Position numbers and translations under genes: made by a program
The notes under the pieces: model-generated
Seen by the model: the letters and a program-made list of their open reading frames with translations, nothing else
Databases searched by the model: none
What the model was told of the DNA's origin: nothing
NCBI RefSeq assembly: GCF_004010195.1
Contig: NC_057731.1
Coordinates: 17,822,720-17,886,719, forward strand
Direction: 5' to 3'
Length of the DNA stretch: 64,000 nt
Origin: Chiloscyllium plagiosum
Lineage: Eukaryota
Shown here: piece after piece, positions 11,410 through 23,970 of the stretch
Layout: each line of letters starts with the position of its first letter
Position numbering within the stretch: position 1 is the stretch's first letter

Positions 11410-14400
11410 GCATGAAACATTAACCTCTGGTTTACTCCCAGTGCCAACCTTGAAAGAGGGAAAGAATAAAAGGATAAAGGAGATTATACAATCTCTTCAG
11501 CCATTGAATTATGTTCAAGGATTGAGGTTCTTAGATCATTGAGGTCTCTTCTGGGGCAGAAAAGACCTGTTCATAAATGATCAGTTTCACCTGTCCTGGA
11601 GAGAGACTAATATCCAGCAGGAAGATTTTCTCATTCTGTTACGGGAAACTCTCAACTATTAAGAAAGGGTTGGACGGGATTAGAAGTAGTGTCAGAGTAA
11701 AAGAAAAGTAGACGAGGTGGTTTTGAGCCTGAAAAGAACAATTTAATTAGATAATTCAGATAAGAGCATTTCAGATAACAAAGTAACTCTGCATTAAACT
11801 GCATTTATTTCAATGTAAGGGGTCTTACAGGTAAGGCTGAAGAACTCAGGACATGTTTGGGATTGGTATATCATAGCTATTACAAATATCTGGCTGAGGG
11901 ACAGACAAGAGTAGCAGCTCAATGTTCAGTGTTTCAGAAGCTTTAGGAAGGATAAAAAGAGAAAGAGGAGGAGGGGGTGGCATTTTTGATTAAGGAAAAT
12001 ATTACTGCTGTTACTAGAGAAGATGTTTCTAAAAAAATCATTTTGTGAAAACATATGGGTTGAAGTTAGAAATGATAAAGGAATGATCACTTTGATGGGA
12101 TTGTACTATACACCCCTTAATAGCCAGAGGGAAATTGAAGAACAAATATGTAGAGATCCCAGAAACATGTATGAATAATAACATTGTAACAGTAGATGAT
12201 TTCAATTTACCTCTCATTGACTGGGACTACCATAGTGTCAAATGTCTGGATGGTGAAGAATTTATTAAATGTGTTCAATAAAATTTTCTTTGTCAATATG
12301 TAAGTGTTCCTAATACAGAAGGAGCAAAATTTGTCCTCTTGGGCAATAAGGCAGGGCAAGTGACTGAAATGATAGATGGGGATCATTTTGGGCCTAGTGA
12401 TCATAATTCTATTTGTTTTAAAATAGTTATGGCAAAGGATGAGCCTTCCATAAAAGTTAAAGTTTTTAATTGGAGTAAGATAAATTTTAATAGTTTGTGA
12501 CAAGAAATTTCAAAGTTCATTGGAGTAGACTGTTCAAACAATAGAGGGGATTTCTTATGAGTAGGAGGCTTGATAACAAGAGCTCAGAGTCATTATGTTC
12601 CTTTTAGAGTGAAGGGTAAGGCTGGTAGGATTAGAGAACAATGGATGAATAAAGATATTGAGGTTCTAGTCAAGAACAAAAAAGAATCATATTATATATA
12701 AACAACTGGGTTCAAATGAATCTCTTGAACATAAACAGTTTTAGGGCATTTTTAAGATGGAGATCAGGAAAGTTTAAAGAGATGATATGAGATAGCCTTG
12801 GCAAATAAGGTGAAGGATAATATTCTATAAACACTGAGAATAAGAGAGTAACCACAGAGAGAGAGAGAGAGAGTAGGGCCTTTTAAAGACCAATGAGGTC
12901 TTCATGGTGTTAAACTTCAGGAGATGGGACAGATATGATAGGAATATTTTACATCAGTTTTTACTGTTGAGAAAGAAATGGAGGCTAGAGAACTCCGGAA
13001 AATAAATATTGATATTTTGAAAGCAGTTCACATTACAGAAGAGGAAGTATTGAAGGTCTTAAAAAACATAAATGTTCAGGACCTGATCGAGTGTATTCCA
13101 GGACACTGTGGGACCCCTTGCAGAAATATCTGTATCATCCAGAAACACAGGTGAGGGGCTGGATGACTGGAAAGCGACTAACGTTGAGCCTTTGTTTAAG
13201 AAGGGATGTAAGGACAAATGTGGGAACTACAAACCTGTGAGTCTGACTTTGGTGTTGGGCAAGTTGTTTGAGGTGACTCAGAGACTCAACAGTATTTATA
13301 TGCATTTGGAGAGGCAAGGAATAATTAGGGATAGTCAGAATGGTTTTTGTGAGGAAAATCATGTCTTACAAACTTGATTGAGTTTTTTGAGGAACTAACC
13401 AAGAAGATCGATGAGGGCAGAACGGTAGATGTTGTTTACTTGGACTTTAATAAAGACTTTGACAAGATTCCACATGGTAGACTAATTAGTGATATTAGAT
13501 CACATGGGATTCAGGGTGACCTTGTGAATTGGATACATGATGATAGGAGACAGTGTGATGGTGGAGGGTTGTTTTTCAGATTGGAGGCCTGTGACAAGCA
13601 GTGCTGGATCCACTTTTGTTTATCACTTACATAAATGATCTGGATGAGAACAGAGAAGGCATGTTTATTACATTTGTGGATGACACTAGAATTGGTGGCA
13701 TAATGGACAGGTTATATAAAATTATAAAGCGATCATCTGGATCAATGGACTAAACAGTGGTAGATGGAATTTAATTTGGATAAATAGGAGGTATTTCATT
13801 TTGGTAAAACAGAACAAGGGCAGGACATATAAAATTAAAAAGAGGGTCTTGGGTACTGTTGTAGAACAGAGAAATACAGGGTTCAAGTACATAATTCTTT
13901 GAAGTTTGCATCACACGTAGACAGGGTGGTTAAGAAGTTGTTTAGCACACTTGCCTTCATTGCTAGGCTCTGAGTGTAGGAGTTGGGTCCTAATGTTGAA
14001 GCTGTACAGGATGGTGGTGGGACTTCTTCTGGCTGTTCTGGGCTCCCTGATATACCAAGGATATTAGTAAGCTGGAAAGGGTTCAGAAGAGATTTACCAA
14101 GATGTTCCCAGGATTAGACGGTTTGAGTTACAAGAAGAGGCTAGACCTTTTTTTCACTGGAGCACAGGAGGTTGAGGGGTGACCTCATGGGGGTTTTTAA
14201 AATCACGAGGGGTATAGATTAGGTGAATGGCAGGTGTCTTTTCCCTAGAGTGGGGGATTTCAAGACTGTAGGCATTTTTTTTAAAGGTGAGAACAGTAAG
14301 ATTTTAAAAAATATGGAGGGCATTTTGTCTTACACGGAAAGCAGTTTCTGAGTGGAATGAATCTCCAGAGAAAGTTGTGGATGCGGATACAGTTACAATA

Positions 14401-14542
14401 TTTAAAAGGACATTTGGATAAGTTCAAGAATAAGAAATATTTGGAGGTATATGGGCCAAGTGCAGGCAGGTGGAACCAGTTTAGTTTGGAATCATGGTTG
14501 GCATAGACTGGGGGCCTGTTTCTATGCTGTATGACCCTATAA
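11410..14542 (+). mobile_element. Long decayed CR1: ORF1 esterase C-terminus, ORF2 (APE and RT) and 3' tail
   Basis: SGLLPVP..GKNKRI and LRFLDH*GLFWGRKDLF (CR1 ORF1 esterase). APE start at about 11800. RT segments NYKPVSLT and VDVVYLDFNKDFDKIPH. Tail ctgtatgaccctat. Confidence 0.9.
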
Positions 14543-14633
14543 AGAAGCAGGTAAGTTTAAAACCCCACCAAGGATAAATAAAGATGACATTTCAACTTTA
14601 CTTGGGAAAGTATACTTTTATCATTAAACTTAC

Positions 14634-14696
14634 CAAAAACATTGTCCCGGATATTTTTTGCCTTTCCACCACACTGGCAGGTTCACTTAAATTATT
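14634..14696 (-). CDS. BLNK: Coding exon 2 (63 nt) of the same SLP-76-family gene (SAM domain continued)
   Basis: Acceptor ccttatttatacacag|AAT gives NNLSEPASVVERQKISGTMFL, then donor TTG|gtaagt; phase 0-0. Matches the SAM pattern '..+.....I.G..FL' (LCP2: LNYKDCEKAVKKYHIDGARFL). Confidence 0.8.
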
Positions 14697-15133
14697 CTGT
14701 GTATAAATAAGGAACAAGGAAATGTTTAGCTTCAAATGTTAGCTTGTCCAAAGATTAGAAAACAAATCATAATTGATTTAAGGCCAGAGATATACTTGAG
14801 ACAAAAACTTGCATAATTGACAATATGCTTTAGGTTAATAAGTGGAATAACAGCGCTGTCAACTGAAGTCATATCTCATCCTCCAATGACACTCCTTGGC
14901 CACAGTAAATTTTTTTCCTGAACAATTAAGTAACCTTTCAGTACTTCCTGGATTGCCTTAAATACTTAAACATTTATTGACGTTTTCTCTGTTTACTCTC
15001 ATTTATCTTGTCACCCTTTTGTGATCAATCGCGGTGCATTAACATTTTCCAAAGAGAAATAAAGGCGATGTTTCAACGGTTATTTATGTATGTATGAAAT
15101 TTGTCTTTAAACGGGAAAAAAGTTCCGTCTTAC

Positions 15134-15208
15134 CAGTCGCAGGAATTCTGCTAGTTCCCGAGGTCTCCAACTTTCAAACTCTTCTCGAGTTGGTAACTTT
15201 GTGGCCAT
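15134..15208 (-). CDS. BLNK: Coding exon 1 (75 nt) of an SLP-76-family adaptor, probably BLNK; start of a SAM domain
   Basis: Reverse strand acaATGG (good Kozak) gives MATKLPTREEFESWRPRELAEFLRL, then phase-0 donor CTG|gtaag. It resembles the SLP-76/LCP2 N-terminus (P.R.E...W....LA.+). It sits in a CpG-richer, repeat-free patch. BLNK is the divergent neighbour of DNTT in other vertebrates. Confidence 0.8.
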
Positions 15209-15480
15209 TGTACACCTCAAAGAACACAGTCTCAACCTTTGATCTAATCGTTGTGTTTTACTTCTGAGAACTTATTCCTGCTCCACTCTTTCCCAGCTCA
15301 AGGCGGAAGTTTTCAAGATTTGAAGTTGTCAGTGTGCAATGGGACTCCTCCACGCCTATTTTACCACGACGCAATCATGTGTTAATCTGACCGAAATGAA
15401 GGGCAGTGAAAGAAAAGATTGGAAATCATACCTGCAATTGGAGAGAAAAACCATTGGCTGCTAGAGTGCGGGGTGTTCAT
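15209..15480 (-). promoter_or_regulatory. Putative BLNK 5'UTR and proximal promoter
   Basis: Directly upstream of the ATG and locally CpG-enriched. ETS core CGGAAGT at 15304-15310, TTCCTG at 15275-15280, CCAAT (ATTGG) at 15453-15457. Confidence 0.5.
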
Positions 15481-15834
15481 CATTGCGCTTGTTATACATT
15501 ACAGTTAGAAATATTGACATATTTTCTAACATCATGCTTTTTCGCTGATTTCATTTTCATCGTGCAAACGAAATGCGCAAATAGTTTTCGAACTGCTTTA
15601 ATTAAATGCAGTTATTTGTATTTTTTTTAGTTGTCCGTCTAAGTTGGCATTTATATGCCATTTACTGTATATGTAATAAACCTTAGCCTTAACCTACACA
15701 GTGCCTGTGGTATATGCTCCCTCTAAATGCTCTTAATAGATTTCGGGAGGTGAACGTGCACTAAACTTGCGTAAGACGAAATTGAGTAAGGTCACACCGC
15801 TTAGATTTACTGCACTTCTCTAACAGTTTCCCAC

Positions 15835-16435
15835 TGTCAACATCCTGCAGGTTACAGACCAGAAACTTAACTGATCAATCATGGAGATTTGTCTACAAGA
15901 ACAGGTCAGTGACTGGAAATTCCAAAGAATTTACAAGTCATGAGTGCGATGGAGTACTCTTGCATGGTAGAGTGCTGCTCCTGCAACACTCAAGAAGCGC
16001 GACACCAAGCAACCATTTTGATTGGCACCCCATCCCCCATGATTAACATTTATTCTGTCCACCACTGACCCACAGTGCCAGCAGTGTCTACCATCTACAA
16101 AATGCATTGCGTCAACTTGTCAAGGCTCCTTCAACAGCATTTTCCAAACCAACAGACTCTGTCATTAGAAAACACATGTCTAGTAGATGCACAGGAACAC
16201 CACTGCATGCAATTTCCTCTTAAATCCACACACCATTCCTGATTTGGAACTATATCACCATTTCTTCACTACCACTGAGTCAAACTCCTGAACTCCATTC
16301 CTGAAAGTTTTCTGGGTATGCATACTCCCAAGGATTATAGCAGTTCAATAAGGCAACCCACCACCGTCTCCAAAGCTATTAGGATGGGCCTTTGATGTTG
16401 GCTCACCCAGCAATACCAACATCCTGTGAATGAAC
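15835..16435 (+). mobile_element. 3' end of a CR1/L2-group LINE (same family as 35480-39580)
   Basis: Shared motifs gtgatggaatactc, caacactcaagaagc and ccatctacaaaatgcattgc, and the tail ..catcc(c/t)gtgaatgaa. Confidence 0.7.
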
Positions 16436-17199
16436 AAAAAAATATATACCTTTATGCAAACAATTCCATTTGCCAATTCCTGAGTGGCTTATGCAGCATT
16501 CCACAGTGACTTCAATGTCATGTGCAGGTGCATTCTCTTGCATCTGAATACCATGAATAGTCACTATCACGAGCACACTGATGTACATGGGCTAATATGA
16601 TCTAATGTCATGTCAGGTGGCTGGCAGCATATTTGTTATTCACTGCTGAAGTATCAAATATTATGAACTAAGACGATCCTGTACTGGTTCCATTTAAAGA
16701 ATCACTAAGAAGATGCAGGTGAGGTGTTTTAACTAACTTAGTTTATGGAGACACAAATTATTTGCTGGAGATTCTTGTTCTACAAAGGTCGGGAGGAAAA
16801 AACAATGCATTGCATAATTATGTGGCAGTCATTGCAGTAACATTTGGTCTGCAACATTATCAGGTCATGGAAAGGAAGAGGCAGAGAGGAGACCACGTGC
16901 TCCCATGCAACTGGACATGATGCATTTGCCTGCTACTTCTCCCATTGAATCCAAAAATGCAGCAAAGGCATGGCTGAACAAATTTCTCTCGCATTGTTAG
17001 GGGCTGACACATTAATCCAGATCTCACTTTCTCACTGCTATGTGGTAGTGACAACTACCACATAGCAGTGATTTTTCGTGATTTGCCACAATCTTTGTTT
17101 TGTGATATAATTGCTTTTTGCATCCATTTATACTGTGAAAGCTAATGGCATCTGTGGAGATTATAATATTCAAGTGCATGGTGTTCCATTATTTGTTAT

Positions 17200-17810
17200 G
17201 ATTGATTCTGCAGCAATAAGTAAGAATGTTTTAATAGGTCAGTCAAATCAGTTCAAGGTCCACTGGACTGTGGTTAAAGGGTCAGTTTTAGTCATAGAGA
17301 GAGGAATAATCATTGAAAAAGGTGACTCCATTTCAAATTGTGCTTTTTAGGACTCTTCTTGACTTTTTTTTGCATGATTATATTGATATTGGGGTTTCTT
17401 TTAGGATTTAAGCAGCTTTTTACTCACTTTTTTTGTGGACGTACTCCTGTAGTAACATTAGCTTCTGAAGTTGTGTCAACATATGGGGTATCTGGGCTCA
17501 CAAAGAAGCAGAATTAAAACAATTCATCAATATCCACAATTCTCCTTTGTGCTCCCTTAAACATGATGCTACAACTCTGAAGGAAATAATTAACTCTCTT
17601 GACATTATAGTAATTAAAGGTAATAGGACGAAGGTAGCAACTTTTTTTTCCTCAAATAATCATTCTGAATTATACTTTTACGCAGAAATAGCCATTAATC
17701 TAAACATACTTCCCATGGACTTGTGAGATCAATGCTATATAGTTATACGTATGGCTCCAACATAGTCAATACATTTCTCATACTTCACAGCATGTTGAGA
17801 TGTTTTGAAA
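17200..17810 (+). mobile_element. Old Penelope-like RT relic
   Basis: Degenerate GIW.HxEAELKQFINIHNS..SLK..INSLDIIVIKG resembles the PLE RT region downstream of YIDD. Confidence 0.45.
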
Positions 17811-17819
17811 TGTGGTAAT

Positions 17820-18041
17820 GCAATCAGTTCTGCTATAACACGACAGTTCCGTTCTTGTGCAATCCCGTGTTATGAGAAAATCATGCAATAGCAGCACCAT
17901 TTAAACTAATTGGGCTAAAATCGCATTATAATCAATACACATTTTAAAACTTTGCGCTTTAGAAACAGTGTCCCCAATTTATCAATCATGTTATAGCAAA
18001 TTCACATTAATGAAATGCGTGTTATAGCAGGATGTCCTGTA
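17820..18041. mobile_element. Tigger/Tc1-mariner-like MITE
   Basis: Terminal inverted repeats ctgctataacacg ... cgtgttatagcag; right end ctgta. Confidence 0.75.
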
Positions 18042-18049
18042 CATTGATT

Positions 18050-18625
18050 TATTATTGTTATGTACTGAGATAGAATAAAAGTTATTATTTGGTGTGCTAG
18101 CAGGTTTTAAGTGTGCTAACCAGACATTTCATACTTTACATAAGTACATCAGGGTAAGAGAACAGTGTAAAATAGTGTTACAGTGACAGAGAAGGTGCAG
18201 ATAAAGATCAACTTTATGAATGAGAGGTCCCTTCATAAGTCTGATAAACTGTCTTGAAAGTCTATCAGTATGTATTTTCAAACTTGTCTATCTTCTGCCC
18301 AACAGAAGTTGGAGGGGACTTTGATGTTGGCTATTATTTTGAGGCAGCAGGGAGTGAGACAGCGTCAATGGAAGCAAGGCTGTTTTTTGTGATGAACTGG
18401 GCTGCATTCAGACCTCTCTTGGGCAGAGCAGTTGCCACACCATGCCAGGATGCATACAGATAGGATGCTTTCTATGGTGCATCTGCAAAAATTGGTAAGA
18501 GTGATTGTGGACATGCCGAATTTCCTTAGCCTTCTAAGGAAGGAGAGGAGTTAGTGTGCTCTCTTGACTGTAGCGTCAATGTGGATGGACCAGGATAGAT
18601 CTTTGGTGATATTTACTCCTAGGAA
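18050..18625 (-). mobile_element. Rex1/Babar LINE 3' fragment
   Basis: Reverse strand reads TLTNFCRCTIESILSVCI..WCGNCSA (Rex1 motif FYRCTIESILT.C...W.GNCS). Confidence 0.75.
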
Positions 18626-19229
18626 AATGAGATTGAACAACTGGGAGGTGACAGCCATTGAGGTAATGTGAGTTGGGCCTACCTTTGAGGAAATTTGGAG
18701 GTTACATCATCAGAAGTGAAGAATTGAATTGGATTGTGAAGGAGGTAGTTTTAATGAGCTTTTGTAATGCACAGTATCATTAAGATTTGGGTAGGCTGCT
18801 GAGAAAGCCTTGGATCTGTCACAACCACATCTGCCATTTTATAGGGACTGTGGGGTTGTTCAACCACAGCTTTTCTGTTAATTTATGTTTTATTAAATGT
18901 TCATTGTAAGTGTTAGAAGATAAGCCATATATATGTTGTACATTGTTTACTTTTCAAATTGTATATTCTGATGTTTTTTGTTGTTTGTTTAGAGCTGTAG
19001 AATCTTGTGCCTTAGTAAGTATTTGGGATTTTAACCCTTACCTACTTTAAAAATATAGTTATTGTTCACTAACCAGATTGCAACTGTTGTCAAATACTTA
19101 CTGACTTAGGTTTTCAGAAGTCTGAGGTGTTAACCCAGGATCTGTTCATCAATGGTGGCCTTTTGAAAGAGGCGGCTGTCTAGGCATGGGAAGTGCTCAA
19201 TATACTTCAACATCTCTCCTGTGACTTAT

Positions 19230-19532
19230 TTTTTTTTTTCGTGTGTGTGCAGGTGGGAGACACAGTGAAAGACACAAAGTGCACAAATATTTATTCAATT
19301 TCCACCACCAGGAAGATAGGAAAACACCCAGGTGGCCAGTGACAAACACTGCCCTTCACATCAAAGGGCAGTGCTGTGTGATCCAAAACAGTGAAGGGGA
19401 GGGTAGGGACTAAATCAAAATAGAGTTGGAGGGAGAAATGATGCACTCCACTCCCGGCGGCGCCCACCTGTCCCTGAACAACTCCAGGGTGTTGGTGGAC
19501 ACCGCGTGCTCCTTCTCCAAGGACACCCGGGC
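19230..19532 (-). mobile_element. Young 5'-truncated Tx1-like LINE insertion with poly(A) and a 17-bp TSD
   Basis: Reverse strand reads ARVSLEKEHAVSTNTLELFRDRWAPPGVECIISPSNSILI*. T-run at about 19229-19239. TSD tctctcctgtgacttat at 19213-19229 and 19533-19549. Confidence 0.85.
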
Positions 19533-19559
19533 TCTCTCCTGTGACTTATATGGGACACG

Positions 19560-20225
19560 GGCTATTCAACTGACCAGCTGTAAGTTAATATGAGTATTAC
19601 TTTGGCAACATTCAAGGAAAGGCTATGTTTCTTCTGTGCAGAATTGAAGAGATCTAAAATGGCTTACAGATCTGAGGCAGAGTGGGCAGCAGTACTGCCA
19701 TCATTCACAAACTGTGGATTGTACATGCCCACTGTGGTCAATTTAGTTTTGGCATGGAGATTACTGAGGTTTCATGCCTAGGTGTATTTCATACTGACAC
19801 GAGAGCAGTTGATCTTTGCTGCGATGATTTGCCACTATCAGGTAGATTGCAAATAGAATGGGGGCTGTCTCACAACCTTGCTTGACAGGTCCATATTTTG
19901 AAGACTATCCATTTCAGATCTTTGTAATTACGTTACATCATGAACCACTTTTAGGATTGTGACGACATTTCTTGCACATCCTTTGGAACTGAATCCACAG
20001 AGATGCTCCACGTTCTGAGTTGAATACTTTGGTCAGTTTGTTTTCCTTCCAAATTTTCAGCATGAGTGCATAGAGTCTTGATGTGAGTAAAAATTCACAA
20101 ACTTTGAAGATTTCAGCTGAAATACCGTTGGCGTTGCAGGCATTGTTATTAGCCATCTATTTGAGTGCACTTTAACTCTCTTCCATTGATGGTGATCTAC
20201 CCATGGATTGCACCACAGGGTACAC
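19560..20225 (-). mobile_element. RTE-like LINE relic
   Basis: NGISAEIFKV..LTSRLYALMLKIW matches RTE DGIPAEIFK...L..L...IW. Confidence 0.65.
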
Positions 20226-20710
20226 AATAGACAATAGGTGCAGGAGTAGGCCTTCGAGCCTGCACCATCATTCAATATGATCATGGCTGATCATCCTTAA
20301 TCAGTATCCTGTTCTGCCTTCTCTCCATAGCCCTTGATTCCACTATCTTTGAGAGCTCTATTCAACTCTTTCTTAAATTAATCCAGAGACTGGGCCTCCA
20401 CTGCCCTCTGGGGCAGAGCATTCCACACAGCCACCACTCTCTGGGTGAAGAAGTTTTATCCTCATCTCTGTCCTAAATGGTCTACCCCGTATTTTTAAGC
20501 TGTGTCCTCTGGTTCGGCACTCACCCATCAGCGGAAACATGTTTCCTGCCCCCAGAGTATCCAATCATTTAATAATCTTATATGTCTCAATCAGATCCCC
20601 TCTCAGTCTTCTAAACTCAAGGGTGTACAAGCCCAGTTGCTCCAGTCTTTCAGCGTAAGGTAGTCCTGCCATTCCAGGAATTGACCTTGTGAACCTACGC
20701 TGCACTCCTG
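20226..20710 (-). mobile_element. CR1 3' end
   Basis: ORF GNMFPLMGECRTRGHSLKIRGRPFRTEMR, plus tail. Confidence 0.9.
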
Positions 20711-20940
20711 TAATACCTGGAGAACATTGATTATCATTGTGCATACCCAGTTGAGAAGTTGTTGAAATGATTCTTCCAGCATTAACGGATCCTATCTTAT
20801 CTGTAAGAAGAGAAACCCCATTCTGTGAATGAAGGGGACTTTATCGATCTGATTTGGGCCTATATATAGTCTGATATCTTTCAGAAAAGCTTTATAATTT
20901 AATTTGATGAGCATTATCTTTTGATATCATCATAGAATCT

Positions 20941-21230
20941 TAGATATCATAGAATTCCCACAGTGTGGAAACAAGCCCTTAGGCCCAACAAGTTCACACC
21001 GACTCTCTGACCAGTAACCTACCCAGACCCATTCCCCTACCCTATTATGTATTTACCCCTGACTAATGCATCTAACCTACACATCCCTGAACACTATGGG
21101 CAACTTAGCATGGCCACTTCACCTAACCTGCACATCTTTGGATTGTGAGAGGAACTCGGAGGACCCGGCGGAAACCCACGCAGACACGAGGAGAGTATGC
21201 AAACTCCACACAGACAGTCGCCCGAGGCTA
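20941..21230 (-). mobile_element. HE1-like SINE (5'-truncated)
   Basis: Core gcaaactccacacagacagtcgcccgaggct and tail cagtgtggaaaca. Confidence 0.85.
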
Positions 21231-22539
21231 TCTTTGGATGTCACTCTTGAGCTGTTGGAATGCTGTCTTCTTGACATGTAATGTTGGGTTGTTTGCCAGG
21301 AAACTAAGGTGCTTTGTATCTGGTTGAGCAAGTTACACATATTTCTGCACTGCTTTCACAAACCCAATGGTTTAAATGTGGGACTTGAGTACAGCTGACT
21401 GTATTTGATTCCACAACAGAGTAGGTGGATTAGCCATGGGAAATGCAGGGTAACAGGGATAGGGTAGGATAGGGTAGTGGGTCTGGTGGGATGCTCTTTG
21501 GAAGGTCAGTGTGGACTCGATGGGCTGAATGGCCTGCTTCCACACTGTAGGAATTCTCTCATTTTATAGATGGCACACAGCAACTTTGCATTGGTTGGAA
21601 AAGGAGTGATTAGGTAAGGCATGTTTGGGACTCTAACAGTTTGCTTTGTCTTGGTTCATACCATCATAGCAATAAAGTGTAAATAATCAAGTTTCAATTT
21701 CCTTCATCTTTATTTTAATACCTAGTACATTTAGCAACTGAAATGGTTTCAGCAAGGAAAAATTACTGACTTAAGAATGGTCACAGTGATCATCTGATCA
21801 CAGGTTGAGCCTAGCTTTCATCATTAAACAGGAAATAGTCTGAACTGAAAAAAAAACTTCTTTTTCAGAAGAGACCGAAACCATTCAGGTTCGAAGAAGC
21901 CTATAAGATCCTGATCCATTTACACCCTTATCTCCAAAATGTAAACTTCTCATGAAAGAATGAGTTATCTACAATTCTCCAGCTTAGAGACAACGAACCT
22001 TGACAAATACATGAATGAGTTGTATTTCAGGAAAAGTTTCTGTCCTTCTGCCTGCTTTCTCAGGAAGGATAAAGTCTATTGACAAAGTGAATTAAAGAAC
22101 CATCTTAACACTAATGATTCCAAGATATTTATAACATTCATAGCCATGACTAAGCCAGGACATTGCTAACCAACATCTCAGGTTAAAATCTAACACCTTG
22201 AGAACACCCTAAAACACCAAACTGCCCATTTTCTTATCTTTTTGTATTTTACATTATTAGTCCTGTAACTTTGTAACTGTGCTTGCATGTGATTTTGATA
22301 TTATATCTATATCATTTTCCTTGGGATTAGTGAGTAATAAAATTGTTGTTTTTGTTAAACCTTGTAACTGGTTCCTTATTGTTTGTACTGAACTACTCAA
22401 CTGCATTTCAATGAGAGTAAGGTATGGCTGGGTGCTGAAAAGAACATAACGTCTTTGTTGCTCCCAAACGAGGAGGTTAAAAAGAATGGAGTCGCTTCAT
22501 CGCTCCTTACCTGGTTTTAACAGTAAAGTCTAGCTTCTT

Positions 22540-22870
22540 GATTGCTCATAGAGTGAAGTCAAGTGGAGAACATTCCATTACTAGCTTGACTTGTGTCTTG
22601 TAGATGGCTTTTGGGGAGTGGAGAGGTGAGTTATTTGCCTCAGAATTCCTAGGCTCTGACCTGTCCTTGAGGCCACAGTATGATTGTTTCAGATCAGTTT
22701 ATGACCAACTGTAACTCCCAGCATATTGACGATAGGTAATTCAGCAATGGTAATGTCAATAAACATTAAAGGGAAATGCCTTGATTCTCTCTTGGTGCTC
22801 TCCTGGCACTTGGATATTGTAAACTACTTGCTACTTAATAGTCTAAACTTGGATGTTGTCTAAAGTCTAT
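22540..22870 (-). mobile_element. CR1/L2-group LINE fragment
   Basis: Similar to 35890-36220. Confidence 0.6.
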
Positions 22871-23329
22871 TTGTGAAGAATACACGGAGACCAAAATGCT
22901 TTGTTGGAGATGACTAATTGCTTACCAAGGTACTTAAACACACTCTAAACATTTATTCCCCCTATCTTATTCAAAAGAAATGTAACTAATCCTCTTTACT
23001 TTCCCTCCTGAATCTGTGAGAAGCAAGAGATTAGAAACAGTTTAGACTCTCAAGAGCAATTCCTATGAGTTAGTTAAAGGTCCACATGATGTGATTTTGT
23101 TGTCCAACCACCATGCCTCCAGCCTTATTTTGAAGGACAATCTTTTCTTGATTTTCATAAACTTCCATCTGAGCTCTTCAATCTACTCCACATTTTAACC
23201 ACCCAAAATTATGGTGGGGGTCATTACTTGAGTCTGCAATTAAGGATAGAGTGGTGGAACATCTTGACAGCTTTCACCCATTCAGAGTGCATCACACAGC
23301 GGTTTGTAATGCATAGACTGGCCTGATGG

Positions 23330-23970
23330 ATGAGCTTGAATTCTTTAAAAGTTGCCTTAAGTAAAGGACAAGGGACTGTTTGAAGACATATTATGGTCTT
23401 CCTGAAGGCATTTGATAAAGTCCCACTCAAAAGACTGATAGGAAATGTTGGAATTCATGGAATTGAAGGCAAATTATTGGTCTAATTAGTAAAGTAATTG
23501 CGTGTGGGAGATACCAATTAGTGATAATGAGCAGGCAATCAGGAGGTGGTTCATGGTGTGTCGCAATGTGCTGCAATATTTATAATGATTTAGATTGTGG
23601 GATAGAAAGCCTCATATCCAGACTTATCAATGACTAACCACAAGCAATATAGTTTAAAGCATAAAATTATAAAGATATATTAATAGATTAAGTGAATGGA
23701 TAAAACTGGCAAATGCATTTCAGATAGGAAATGTGAGGTAATTCACTATGTTACTGAAAAAGATAAAACAAGGCATTTTCTAAGTGGTCTAAAAGTAGGG
23801 ACAGTAGAAGACCTCAGAGATTTGAGAATCCCGGTTTAGAGATTATTAAAATACCATTAAATGATATAAAGAATAATCAAAACGGCTAATGGATGGCTAG
23901 CTTTTTTTTCTCTTGAGTACAGTATATGGAACTTATATTCTAATATAAGGGGTAGAAATAAATGTTGGCA
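23330..23970 (+). mobile_element. Old CR1 RT fragment
   Basis: aaggcatttgataaagtcccac (KAFDKVP), followed by degenerate NDL and W.M.F...KC regions. Confidence 0.7.

Noticed and set aside
1-14633. Third SAM exon of the - strand gene (expected about 47 nt, phase 0-2 by analogy with LCP2)
   Set aside because: No candidate with proper splice sites and a fitting peptide was found by eye; it probably lies beyond the window or was missed.
21860-21885. cagaagagaccgaaac as a hammerhead
   Set aside because: No CUGANGA core and no stem II.
21700-22522. Possible solo LTR (similar cases at about 18650-19130 and 60700-61240)
   Set aside because: LTR-like composition, but I could not define both termini or a TSD.
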